A stretch of DNA of 63,797 bases, filler included, from Octopus bimaculoides (GCF_001194135.2; 7 parts of 6 records of this genome joined end to end with filler, not necessarily neighbours in it), one strand, 5' to 3'; numbered from the whole stretch's first letter, positions 51,141 to 63,797 are shown. Translations and numbers: made by a program. The notes: generated by a model from the letters alone, not told the origin.

Positions 51141-51650
51141 TGGCTTCAAATTTTGCTACAAGAGCAGCCATTTTGGGGGAGGGGATGTGTCGATTACATC
51201 GACGTCAGTGTTCAACTGGTACTTAATTTATAGACCCCAAAAGGTTAAAAGGTAAAGTTGACCTCGGCGGAATTCGAACTCAGGACGTAGTGGCAGACGA
51301 AATACCGCTAAGCATTTCACCCGGCGTGCTTACGATTCTGCCAGCTCACCGCTTTCATAATAATAATAATAATAATGGTTTCAAATTTTGGCGCAAGGCC
51401 TGCAAGTTCAAGGGAAGGGATAAATCGATTACATCGACCTCAATGCACAATTGGTATTTATTTTATCGACCTGAAAGGATGAAAAGTGAAGTCGACCACG
51501 GCGTAATGTTAACTCAGAATGTAAAGACGGACGAAATACTGCTATGCATTTTGTCCGGTGTGCTAACGTTTCTGCTAGCTCACCGCCTCAAGAATCCTTT
51601 CTATTATTGGCACAAGACCTGAAGTTTTGGGAGAGGAATCTAGCCGCCTT
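51141..51650 (-). mobile_element. Three stacked SINE family B copies (51141-51355, 51375-51588, 51592-51650 partial)
   Basis: Two full copies in the same orientation separated by (AAT)n, then a tail fragment. Confidence 0.9.
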
Positions 51651-52206
51651 AAAAATGAAAATAATAATAACAATATTATATTTATTGGTAGACACTCAAA
51701 CAAGAACATTGTGTTAACTCTTCAGCTTCTGTTGTTTGGATGGACAAGTAACTTCTACTTCCATCACCACCACACTTCCCTCTTCACCACATATCACCGC
51801 ATTTCCCCCTTCTGTCACTCTCCTCGCTTTTTACATCTCTTCCCTAATAGAAGACATGACACTGTAGTAAGACGAATGGCAAAATTGATGCCATCCGGAA
51901 TGAGTCCAATCACTGAAACAACTCGGGCAGAAAATGTTTCGAATTTTCTCTCCTCGCTTCCTCCATTCTCTTTTGCTTGCTTTCTTTCATTTCGCTTTCT
52001 CCCTAACTTGCTATCTCTTGTTCATTCATTTTTGTATTTTTCTCTCATTCTTTATGTCCTCTCTGTTTTGCTTACTTTCTTTCATTCAATTCTCTTTACT
52101 TTCTCTTCGTTATTTCTTTTTCTCAAGATGAAAATTATCTTTACTATATGTCCCTCTTCTATATCATTGACTCTGCCTACTTATCATTTCACATACACAC
52201 ACTCTT

Positions 52207-52284
<78 letters not shown>

Positions 52285-52337
52285 CATATATAAATATATA
52301 TATATATATCTGTGTGTCTGTCTATCTGTCTGTTTGA

Positions 52338-52368
<31 letters not shown>

Positions 52369-52587
52369 ACAGTCTGTCGGTGGTCTATCTACTCATTATA
52401 CTGTATTTCGTTTTTTTTTCAAGTATTCCTTATGTGTTTCCTCCTATCTTGTGGCCCTCCCACACACACACGCACCTACGCGCACACACGCACACACACA
52501 CACACACACACATACGTACACATATGTACACACATGCATACATATAGGTGTATGTGTGTATTATATATTTTTTTGTCTTTTATCTTT

Positions 52588-52775
52588 TGTTTGTTTCAGT
52601 CATTAGACTGCAGCCATGCTGGGGCACCGCCTTGAATTTTAGTCGAACGAATCGACACCAGTTTTTTGGTTAAGAACTAGTAGTTATTCTACCGGAAACT
52701 TACTACGTTACGTGGACGTAAACACACCACCACCAAATGATAACCGGTCGTGGTGGGCAAACACAGAAAGAAAGA
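52588..52775 (-). mobile_element. SINE family A tail module
   Basis: TTTCAGTCATTAGACTGCAGCCATGCTGGGGCACCGCC ... GGACGTAAACACACCA. Confidence 0.8.
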
Positions 52776-52845
52776 TGCACCGAGAGACAGACACAATATA
52801 TATACGTGCGCATGTGCGCACACAAGCACGCGTGCGCGCACGCGT

Positions 52846-52881
<36 letters not shown>

Positions 52882-52885
<4 letters not shown>

Positions 52886-53318
52886 GAGTGGACTGAAAAG
52901 TTCATAGGCTGATTATGAAGGAGTGATGAGACAGCTGTGAAATCTCGAATGTATTAACTTCAACTGTTCTTATCAATTGATTCTTTCCAGCTAAAGTGAC
53001 ACCTGACTGTTCAAAGAAGGCTGCAAAAATAACTAGTAGTGACTCCTCTTTAAAATAGACAAAATTTGGCATCGTTGTCTTACAAATACCTGCAGAAAAG
53101 GGGTTTAACACAGAGACACCACCCCATGGTCATGCTGATATGCTCGCTACATTAAGGGATGAGGCTCCAGCTTTATCAACAGTAGGCAGCTGAATTTAGG
53201 AAGGGAAGGGTGAGTCTTGAAGATATCCCGGAGTCTGGATATCCTGCAACTACCACCACAAAGGAAAACATTGATTTTGTTCAACACATAGTGATGGATG
53301 AAAGGCGATTGACTATAA

Positions 53319-53322
<4 letters not shown>
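52882..53322 (+). mobile_element. Mariner transposon 5' part (TIR region + N-terminal transposase), decayed
   Basis: TIR-like GGACTGAAAAGTTCATAGGCTGA; DKIWHR..KYLQK, APALSTV, EFRKGRVSLEDIPESGYP, VMDERRLT; ends at (TA)n and a gap. Confidence 0.85.
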
Positions 53323-53355
<33 letters not shown>

Positions 53356-54458
53356 NNNNNNNNNNNNNNNNNNNNNNNNNNNNNNNNNNNNNNNNNNNNN
53401 NNNNNNNNNNNNNNNNNNNNNNNNNNNNNNNNNNNNNNNNNNNNNNNNNNNNNNNNNNNNNNNNNNNNNNNNNNNNNNNNNNNNNNNNNNNNNNNNNNNN
53501 NNNNNNNNNNNNNNNNNNNNNNNNNNNNNNNNNNNNNNNNNNNNNNNNNNNNNNNNNNNNNNNNNNNNNNNNNNNNNNNNNNNNNNNNNNNNNNNNNNNN
53601 NNNNNNNNNNNNNNNNNNNNNNNNNNNNNNNNNNNNNNNNNNNNNNNNNNNNNNNNNNNNNNNNNNNNNNNNNNNNNNNNNNNNNNNNNNNNNNNNNNNN
53701 NNNNNNNNNNNNNNNNNNNNNNNNNNNNNNNNNNNNNNNNNNNNNNNNNNNNNNNNNNNNNNNNNNNNNNNNNNNNNNNNNNNNNNNNNNNNNNNNNNNN
53801 NNNNNNNNNNNNNNNNNNNNNNNNNNNNNNNNNNNNNNNNNNNNNNNNNNNNNNNNNNNNNNNNNNNNNNNNNNNNNNNNNNNNNNNNNNNNNNNNNNNN
53901 NNNNNNNNNNNNNNNNNNNNNNNNNNNNNNNNNNNNNNNNNNNNNNNNNNNNNNNNNNNNNNNNNNNNNNNNNNNNNNNNNNNNNNNNNNNNNNNNNNNN
54001 NNNNNNNNNNNNNNNNNNNNNNNNNNNNNNNNNNNNNNNNNNNNNNNNNNNNNNNNNNNNNNNNNNNNNNNNNNNNNNNNNNNNNNNNNNNNNNNNNNNN
54101 NNNNNNNNNNNNNNNNNNNNNNNNNNNNNNNTATATATATAGTTACGCCAGGGGAGAAGCATTCGCTTTTAGTACCTTATTATTTAACACATTCACTGGA
54201 AAAGTTTTCACTCATTTACTTATTTATTTTTCCTAAAATTTTCGTTGCGTCTTGCAAACTTTTCAGTAGTCGTTGACTCTGTCCAAATCCCAAAACGAAG
54301 TATACATATACATACATATATATTGGACTAATGGGTATATGTCGATTAGTGTGTTGAAGTGTTGAATAGAGCACTGGCACAGTTTGGGCTACCTGAAGTC
54401 ATCTAAAATTGGGGTGTATTTCCGTTGGATCTACTCCGCAGTGTTAGTTGAGATGCTG

Positions 54459-54588
54459 ATAATTGATTAAGCAACCAGAGGATGGATTTGGTATTAATCT
54501 TTATGTTGTATAACGATTGGGTCGAAACGATCGTTGTAAAAAAATAAAGATTAATACCGAATCCATCTTTGATTACTTAATCAATTAT
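54459..54588. repeat. ~130-nt imperfect inverted repeat (long hairpin)
   Basis: Core arms 54481-54504 and 54544-54567 match at 23/24; extendable by ~20 nt outward and 8 nt inward. Confidence 0.9.
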
Positions 54589-54716
54589 ATATCTATCTAT
54601 CTATCTATCTATATATNNNNNNNNNNNNNNNNNNNNNNNNNNNNNNNNNNNNNNNNNNNNTTAATTAATTAANNNNNNNNNNNNNNNNNNNNNNNNNNNN
54701 NNNNNNNNNNNNNNNN

Positions 54717-54751
<35 letters not shown>

Positions 54752-57169
54752 GTGTGTGTATATATAGGTATATATATATGTATAAATATATAATATATAT
54801 GTATATATGTATATATATGTATATATATAATATATATGTATGTTCATGTATAAATGTAATATATATGTATGCTTATACATGTATATATGTATATATATAT
54901 GCGTGTATATATATGTATACATATATGTATATATATATGTGTATATATTATATTATAAAATAAGAGGAGGAAAATTACATCAAAACACTGAACATATACG
55001 TCCGAAATGATATCGTATTAATGGATGGATTTATAAATACATAATGTATGATTATTTAAAAAGTTTAAAAGTTAAGAATATCTTACGATTGTTTCATGAA
55101 TGTATTGCTCTTCGAAATGGAATCTAAAATTGATAATCATTATTAGGTAATAAATCCACTCGTTAGAGAGATAGAGGGTGAATTTCCACTTGGTCAATCA
55201 AATGCTATTTAAGAATATATGACAAAGATTTTATTTAAAGATGTTGTTTAAAAAGTTACTGGTGTAGATATTTATACATCTATCCATTAATACGATATTA
55301 TTTTGGACGTATATCTTCAGTGATCATTTTTTGATATAATTTTCCTGCTCTTATATTATAAAATAATATATAATCGCTCTTACTAAATGTCTAAGTACCT
55401 TTAATGTTTTAGACATTTACCTACCAAGAGCACTTATTAGGACTTCAGTATATTGTATTCTCATTGAATATATCTCATTAACGATATATATATATATATA
55501 TATATATATANNNNNNNNNNNNNNNNNNNNNNNNNNNNNNNNNNNNNNNNNNNNNNNNNNNNNNNNNNNNNNNNNNNNNNNNNNNNNNNNNNNNNNNNNN
55601 NNNNNNNNNNNNNNNNNNNNNNNNNNNNNNNNNNNNNNNNNNNNNNNNNNNNNNNNNNNNNNNNNNNNNNNNNNNNNNNNNNNNNNNNNNNNNNNNNNNN
55701 NNNNNNNNNNNNNNNNNNNNNNNNNNNNNNNNNNNNNNNNNNNNNNNNNNNNNNNNNNNNNNNNNNNNNNNNNNNNNNNNNNNNNNNNNNNNNNNNNNNN
55801 NNNNNNNNNNNNNNNNNNNNNNNNNNNNNNNNNNNNNNNNNNNNNNNNNNNNNNNNNNNNNNNNNNNNNNNNNNNNNNNNNNNNNNNNNNNNNNNNNNNN
55901 NNNNNNNNNNNNNNNNNNNNNNNTATATATATATATATATATATATACATATGTATGTATGTAACTATCTATGCATGCATACATGTATGTATGGATGTAT
56001 GTATGTGTCTACCTGCGTGAACATATATGAAGCAATTTATGTAGTTTCCTAGTTACAAAATCAGCGATTGTATGACACTGTTTTCGATATATTGCAAGCG
56101 AGATTAAACTGCTTCCATGCCTGGTAACGCGTACCCACCACTGAGAAGACCCAATGCTGATCGAAACCACGTGATCTGGTGGATCTGGAGCTAGGGTGAC
56201 AGGAGTTATCGCCTGCTTGCAATAAATATCGAGCGAGAGAAGCGCATTGAGTAAACCAGCTGGAAGAGATGTCTTCCTGGGATTAAAACGGCAGAATCGT
56301 CGTCTCTTAGAGTACAGCCATATTAAAGTGTCCATAAACAATACCTTTACTTTGGTATATTACTTCTACCTCGAACAGAGGTTTTCTAACCGACTAGTAT
56401 CATAATTTAATAATCTACAATTGCTTAAATTCACAAATTCAAATTTCAGCCTAGCTAATTAACAGCCAAGCAAATGTAAATTGTAATCTGCTGAGAATAT
56501 TCTGGAAGAAAGTGTCAAAATAAATTGTAGTTTATGCTCAATTCATGCTGCCTAGCTATGCAGCTGGATCGTACTGATGTTTAGTATTCGTTTAATTTTC
56601 TCTGTGAAAATTCAAGAAAATACCTGACCTGATTCTACTGATAAACAGACAGACTAGAAAATTACTAATTATTAGTTTTCGTCACAGAGAACATATTTGC
56701 GTCACGCCAAAATTTTCGTCAAGCCAAAAATCGTTGTTTTCTTTCTAATTTAATGGTGAGCGTAGACACGTATTTGTGTATTATGCTTGCTTTTGTGAGT
56801 CTCTGTAAAAAAGAATTCGTTATTAGAGAGGGATGCAGTATCTGTTCAAAATAGCAGCGCTACTGCTGGACACTTATGAAAAATTATTATGAACGCTATG
56901 TAGACGTGCCATGAGTGAAGAGACAGAAAAAAACACGTCTTTTCGTAAAGAAGGCAGCGAGCAGAAAGAGAGATCCTCTTTCGTCACGTGTCAGCGACGA
57001 GAGAGTCCAGGAGGAAGAGTGAGAGAGAGGGAGAGAGAGACGAGAGAGAGAGAGAGGGAACGGTGAAAGGGAGAGAAGAAGAATAGGGAAAGGGTGGGAG
57101 AGAAAGACAGAAAGGATGAAGAACAAGAAAGGGAGAGAGATGGACAGGGAAGAGATAGTAGAAGTGTGC

Positions 57170-57174
<5 letters not shown>

Positions 57175-57257
<83 letters not shown>
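57175..57257. repeat. (TA)n microsatellite, representative of more than 30 (TA)n/(CA)n/(GA)n tracts
   Basis: Read directly; most N gaps abut such tracts. Confidence 0.95.
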
Positions 57258-57261
<4 letters not shown>

Positions 57262-58197
57262 GGAATATTTTCTGTAAAGCAGATTTACGAGGGTGCGTGG
57301 CTATGTAGTTATATCTATGTTTCTGTGCGTGTCTGATGATGTAAATATTCAAGTGTCACGAATACCTTTTTCCTCTAGTTGTCTATTTGCGTGCTTGAAT
57401 ATGTCTCTGTGAACATTAACAAATTTCTGCGCATATATTTGTGTGTAGCGATCGCCTTAATCTTCATTACCGTCTTTTGTAAACAAAAACCGAGAATAGA
57501 AAACCCGAAACTGAATATTTAATCAGCAAATGAACACGATTATGATATTATTGTGTGAAAATGTGAGATTGCTTTTTCACCGTTGATGCTATATTGAAGG
57601 TAGAACTAGACAGCGATTATTTCTGTTTAAGTTACCAATTGTCAGAGCAGATAAAACCATACAGAAAGGGTATGGCAAGAAAGGGAAAATAATTAATCGG
57701 GTAATTACATATTTGTTTCAGAGGCTGGCGTGTATTTTTAGGAGTTACCATGCCTAAATCGAATCATTTCGTATAGATGAAAAAACAGTCGAAATCTTTC
57801 ACCTAAAGGGGAATATTTCAACAGTTATATTACCAACACGGAACGCCTATTTCCTCTCTGGGCAAGTAAGCATATTAAAGTGCCAACAGCTTGAAATATG
57901 AAAGTAAGCATTGGTTCAATATAATTAAACGTTATCAGCTCAGCTCTGACGTTTTCATGATAACACGTTATGATAAAGATATTTTCAAGTAACCTCACCA
58001 GAGTGATGTAGCAATTTCACGTACAACATTGCGCACAGGTAATTCAATAACGCTGTATATCAGTGTTTCCATTACGAGATGCTTTGAAATTGTGTAACAC
58101 TTTATCACCAACCGGGATGCGCTGTGGTATCGAGGTGTTTTGTGAAATAGCCCGGTTTATGATTGAACATGACTTCTGTAAATAGATGTTTAAATCG

Positions 58198-58412
58198 CCC
58201 TTTCTACTATTGGCACAAAGAGTGAAACCTTTGAGGGGAGGGGCTACTCGATTACATCAATCCCATTGCTCAACTGGTACTTATTTCATCGATCTCTAAA
58301 GAATGACAAGGAAAGCGACCTAGGCGGGATTTGAACTCAGAGCATGCAGACAGATGAAATGCAGCTAAATATTTTATCCTGCACGCTAACGATTTTGCCA
58401 GCTCACTGCCTT
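58198..58412 (-). mobile_element. SINE family B, full length, diverged
   Basis: CTTTCTACTATTGGCACAA ... ATTTGAACTCAGA ... GCCAGCTCACTGCC. Confidence 0.85.
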
Positions 58413-58570
58413 AATACAGGTATATTTTTTATCACCTCTGCTTTATCCAGCATCTTTCTCCCGGTCATTTCCTCATGCTAAACCATTAATCACAACGCAC
58501 ATATTTCTCTCTTCGCTTTTTCTTTCTCTCTTCGCTTTTTCTTTCTCTCTCTATTTTTTCCCTCACATTC

Positions 58571-58606
58571 CTTTCTGTCAAAGAGCGTAGGCTTGAAACG
58601 TCAAAG
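58571..58606 (+). ncRNA. Minimal hammerhead-like motif of Penelope pLTR type, catalytic core mutated
   Basis: CTTT-CTGTCAA-A-GAGC-GTAG-GCTT-GAAACGTC-AAAG: stems I, II and III can all form; core differs from CTGANGA at two positions. Confidence 0.45.
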
Positions 58607-58708
58607 ACGTTTCTATTCTTCTCGGGCGTCAAACTAGTACACTTGCTTGTTGTTCTCTTACCTCTCTTTGTCTTTTGTTTTCTNNNNNNNNNNTATACAT
58701 ATATATAT

Positions 58709-58803
<95 letters not shown>

Positions 58804-58810
58804 TGATTGT

Positions 58811-58968
58811 CTTAAATTCTGGCCGCAGACCTAGCAGTTTGACAAAGGTACTTATCTTATCGACCTCGAAAGGAAGAGAGACAAAGTCGAATTCAGCGAA
58901 ATTGTAACTTAAAACGTAAAGACGGACGAAAGATGCTGCGTGCTAACAGTTTTACCAGCTCACTCTCC
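58811..58968 (-). mobile_element. SINE family B, diverged, internally deleted
   Basis: GGTACTTATCTTATCGACCTCGAAAGG, ACGTAAAGACGGACGAAA, CCAGCTCAC. Confidence 0.7.
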
Positions 58969-60180
58969 CTACTAATATTTAAGTACTAGAATAAGAAATA
59001 GATTGAATGAGCAATTAAACATATTTTGCATATTTAGTTTGTAGAAATAATATTGTCTGGTTAAGTTTCAACGTTTAACTTAGAATAAGCGTTTATTCTC
59101 CCTTATTAGTTACACAAATCTAGTCCGGTGATTAAATATTTAACTTAATATTTGGATCCATGATATAAATTATATTACTTTCAATAAAGCGAGTTTGATC
59201 ATATATATTGTAATAATTCGTTTGAGTTGGTCAGAGATATAGTGGTACAGTTGGTTTGGTGTATTTTAATGGAGTATTTAATTGTTGTTCACCACATCTC
59301 ACATTTAGTCATATTTATTGCTATACATCATATATCTTTCGGTTTAATGTAATAATATAGACTCATATCTGGTCATATAACTTCGCAAGTACTGATGTAC
59401 AGACAAGATAAGATAAAATGGGGAATTATCTTATATTTAGTGATATATTTCATGATTAAGCTCAAATTTTGAATGATACCCTCGTGCTACTTATTCATAT
59501 CCACGCACACAAAGTTTTTGAAAGAAGACGGAAAAATTTTAAGAACCTTAACGAAACAAAATGCCTCATCATAGCGAAAGATAAAATATTTTAAGCATTT
59601 GGGTTGCTGAATTAACATCGAATAACTCGCTACTTATAACATAGACTAATCCTCAATAGTTAAGTCTATTCAATGATTAAATATTTTAGGGGTTGCGTGC
59701 GTGCATGCATTTATGCGTGTGCGTGCATGCATTTATGCGTGTGCGTGTGTAACAACTTTTCTTATTAGAATTCAGTTTTACCTGTTGAGAAGAGGGCACA
59801 AAGTAACTTCGTCAACACACCTTTGGTATGCCCCTAAGGCACTTAACTCAACTAAAAATTCAAGGGAAACATCGCGTGATTCATTAAATTAATTTTGTAT
59901 ACATTTAACAAATATATTAATATAGTCGGCATCAATTAAACAGAATTATCATTTACACTGTTAGCAATTTTAAAATTTTAATTAAATGCGAATTAATATA
60001 TTCCGTGAAATAAAATATTTCCTGCACAGCTAACAACAAACTAGTGGAATTTGAGAGCTGTAAACACTCGCCTTTGTTTCTCTGATGGCTGCCTATACAA
60101 GAATTTCTATAACTTCAGAATTTTTACATGTAAGGATATCAGTTTCATACTTGCTTATCATAATACTTAATGTAATTAAA

Positions 60181-60244
60181 GCAGAAAGATTAGCATTCCG
60201 AGCAAAATGCTTAGCGGCATTTTTCACGTTCTGAGTTCAAGTTC
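60181..60244 (+). mobile_element. SINE family B head fragment
   Basis: AAATGCTTAGCGGCAT..ACGTTCTGAGTTCAAGTTCC. Confidence 0.7.
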
Positions 60245-60655
60245 CTCATTGCACAAATCACATACTCCTGATAGTATATTATATGAGTATGCATTTTTCT
60301 ATTATTGATCATACTGTTTCATATTTTGTATTTCCTTCATTTAATCTTCATATTAGGTCTGCTAGTGATGTTGCTTGTCACCGGCTTATCTCTGGGAAGG
60401 AGAAGATATGGTTGCGATGACGGACCTTAAATTGCTTTTCAGAGGTTCTTATGTATGCGAATTTAATGTTGTCGTGTGGTGATTGTGCATTTGTATATGA
60501 TTTTTTTTTTTTTGGATGCATTGGTTCCCAAGCAGACATGTAGATTTCTTGCGACAGCTGCAATGATTTGCGCTACTTTTATTTTTGTAGTTATTTGGTG
60601 ACTTTTTGTTCTTGTGATATTCCGGTTGATTAGCAGCGTCTGCAATGTTCTTCAT
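60245..60655 (-). mobile_element. Penelope-like (Naiad-type) GIY-YIG endonuclease fragment, decayed
   Basis: CSCRKKSTCLLGNQCIQ, IIYKCTITT, YIRTSEKQFKVRHRNH..SF, VCDLCNE across frameshifts. Confidence 0.8.
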
Positions 60656-61164
60656 GTTGAGGTGTCTTTCATTGGTTCTTGTTTGAGTTTTTGTTGGGAT
60701 CCTATTATAACTATCGGGATCGCTGTCTATGTTTTTGTGATCCCTATTGTATCTATTTTTGTTATTGTTCCTATACCTTATGTTGTTTTGATCCGTTTAT
60801 TCCTTGTCTATGGTTGTTGTTTGCTTGCATAATCAAGTACCCGCCCGCCTGGAGAACTACATTGCGTAGAAACGATTATAGTGATTGAAAGATAAATGTC
60901 CAACCGTACTCATTCTTGCCTACTCCACATTTTTTCAATTATCTGCAATTATCTACTAACACACGACGGATGCACAAACGCAAGCCTGGAAGTATGTATA
61001 ATATTATAACTGTATAGCATGTATAATACTACTACTGGATGGCACAGGAAGGCACAGGGTGAAATCTCAACGGTGACAAATTTTACACCGTACTTTACTA
61101 CGTTTTGAACATGATATACCATGTATATATATATATATATGTGGGTATATATATATATATATAT

Positions 61165-61325
61165 GAGAACGGCAGTGTGATGAGTAGTTTGCTTACCAAC
61201 ATCATTGTTCCGGGTTCAGTCTCACTGCGTGACACGTTGAGCGAGTGTCTTCTACTCTAGTCTCGGGTCGACCAAAGCCTTGTCAGTGGATTTGGTAGAC
61301 GGAAACTGCAAGAAACCTGTCGTAT
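61165..61325 (+). mobile_element. SINE family A head module ending in (TA)n and a gap
   Basis: CCGGGTTCAGTCTCACTGCG...GTGGATTTGGTAGACGGAAACTG. Confidence 0.88.
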
Positions 61326-63277
61326 ATATATATATANNNNNNNNNNNNNNNNNNNNNNNNNNNNNNNNNNNNNNNNNNNNNNNNNNNNNNNNNNNNNNNN
61401 NNNNNNNNNNNNNNNNNNNNNNNNNNNNNNNNNNNNNNNNNNNNNNNNNNNNNNNNNNNNNNNNNNNNNNNNNNNNNNNNNNNNNNNNNNNNNNNNNNNN
61501 NNNNNNNNNNNNNNNNNNNNNNNNNNNNNNNNNNNNNNNNNNNNNNNNNNNNNNNNNNNNNNNNNNNNNNNNNNNNNNNNNNNNNNNNNNNNNNNNNNNN
61601 NNNNNNNNNNNNNNNNNNNNNNNNNNNNNNNNNNNNNNNNNNNNNNNNNATATATATACATATATATATATATGGAATATAAACTTAGAAAAATAGATGT
61701 AAATATGTCCTTACATACACACATGTGCGTGTATATAAATATATAACCATAAGAAGATAAATATTAATACGTATATATATATATATATATATTATACATG
61801 TATATGTTTTCGTGCGTATATGTATATATAAATATGATTGTGTCTGTGTGTGTGTGTATGCGTGCGTCTGTGTGTTTAAAATATACATATATTATGAAAT
61901 CATAGAGACGAGTCAGGTGACACATTTCATGGCAACGAATAATACAGATTTGTTTATTTCACAAAACGGTGAATCATTGGTGTGTTAATAATTGAACATT
62001 TGTTTTCACTCACCAAGTTGACAATCCGTGTCACACGTCCTCCTTTGCAGAATGTTTTATTGATATCTAAGATCACTCTTTGAAATAATATGATACGTAT
62101 GTGTGTAAGTGTGTATATGTGTGTATGTGTACGTGTATGTATGTATNNNNNNNNNNNNNNNNNNNNNNNNNNNNNNNNNNNNNNNNNNNNTTAATTAATT
62201 AANNNNNNNNNNNNNNNNNNNNNNNNNNNNNNNNNNNNNNNNNNNNATGTCTATATATATATATATGTTTAGATAACTGTATATATATGCATGTATTTAT
62301 GTATGTATGTAAACATGTAGCTTTGTATGTACATATGTATGCATATATATAAACAAATGATATATTTGTCCAGGACCAAAGTAGTCAATACCTCTTCACA
62401 ATAGTAGTAGTAGTAGTGTGTGTGTTTTTATGTCATATGAATGTCTCTGTGCTTGTGTGTAAATAGAGTGTCCCATAAATAAGGCAGTATTTAGCATTGA
62501 TCTGTAATTGAAACCTGACAGACTTATGGGACACATGGTACACATGTATATGTAAATACACCCATATATATATATNNNNNNNNNNNNNNNNNNNNNNNNN
62601 NNNNNNNNNNNNNNNNNNNNNNNNNNNNNNNNNNNNNNNNNNNNNNNNNNNNNNNNNNNNNNNNNNNNNNNNNNNNNNNNNNNNNNNNNNNNNNNNNNNN
62701 NNNNNNNNNNNNNNNNNNNNNNNNNNNNNNNNNNTATATATATATATATATATAATATACATACAATATATATACACATACATACATAGATAGATATATA
62801 GATATATCTATACATATATATATATCATATAGATATGATGGTGTATATACATATATATATATATATGGATGTAGGTATGACCATTTGCTTACATGTATGC
62901 ATATATAAATATACAAACACAGATGTGAAGGAGTTGATGCATGTTCACCATGATATTAACATCGATAAAACAGCATTCTTGCCAGCTTCAAATGAGTATT
63001 ATATACATGCATTCTTACATATATACATACATACACACACATATATGTATGTACGCACATGTATAATATATTACACACATATATATATATACTAGTCAGC
63101 TATTTAATGTGGTTTATATATATATATATACCCACATATCTATACATATATTGTATGTATCTGTGCATACTTGTATAGAAATATGTATATACATATATAA
63201 TTATTTATATATACATATATTTGAGTATACACTTGTAGTATATATATATATATATATATATATATATNNNNNNNNNN

Positions 63278-63309
<32 letters not shown>

Positions 63310-63797
63310 GACAGATAGATAGATAGAAGGATATGTGTAGATACACACACGTCTATGTATGTATGTTTGAGCATATATAAGTATATGTATATATGTATCT
63401 ATGAACATATGCGTGTGTATATGTGTGTAAATGCAGTATGTGTATATGTGANNNNNNNNNNGAACATATGCGTGTGTATATGTGTGTAAATGCAGTATGT
63501 GTATATGTGAACATGCATGTGTGTGTGTATGCATTTATCATTGCTGAACCCCACCTGACCTACCCACATATTTACACATAACATGGTCATACAGCCTGTA
63601 TACAAATATATGCGCGTGTGTGTGTATGTGTTTGTTTGTGTGAGGTGTATATAAATATATAGTCATGCCAAGTTTATGTATATATGTATATATATATATA
63701 TCATAAGTCACAAACTACTTGTGATTAGTGTCCAAAGAAAATCACAACCTATTTCTCCAGTATCCACAGAATATTTCTGTGACCTCTTGACCTTTTC

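Noticed and set aside
51627-52337. 236-aa hydrophobic ORF resembling a membrane protein
   Set aside because: Derived from pyrimidine-rich low-complexity and (CT)n/(TA)n sequence and starts inside a SINE; the internal acceptor at 51850 has no matching donor.
59752-59853. Minus-strand exon candidate ending CAG|GTAAAA
   Set aside because: Two alternative weak acceptors and two open frames; nothing distinguishes it from background.
60245-60560. Selenocysteine-encoding Naiad
   Set aside because: All conserved Cys codons are TGT/TGC; the TGA codons near 23470-23480 are better explained by frameshift decay.
63403-63510. 49-bp exact direct repeat
   Set aside because: The copies flank a 10-N gap; most likely an unmerged contig overlap.

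Overview
Repeat-saturated eukaryotic genomic DNA: AT-rich, with about 7.6 kb (about 12%) of N gaps, very dense di/tri/tetranucleotide microsatellites and no recognisable intact protein-coding gene. The repeat families resemble those I associate with Octopus (coleoid cephalopod); this is inference, not a database result. Almost all long ORFs in the track are artefacts of N runs or microsatellites. The supportable content is decayed mobile DNA: at least six R4/Dong-clade (RT + restriction-like endonuclease) LINE fragments, most stacked head-to-tail in (TAA)n tracts; two RTE-clade LINE fragments, one ending in three C2H2 fingers; a Tx1/L1-like 3' end; two Penelope-like (Naiad-type) fragments; several hammerhead-like motifs typical of Penelope pseudo-LTRs; a DD37D (maT) transposon; a mariner; two Helentron-associated (DINE-1/HINE-like) elements; and about 35 tRNA-derived SINE pieces of several modular families. 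One weak candidate host exon lies on the minus strand (41604-41671). I found no convincing new biological system. The most interesting items are the microsatellite-targeted LINE nest, a headless (TAA)n-flanked non-autonomous element, the hammerhead-like remnants and a 130-nt hairpin.
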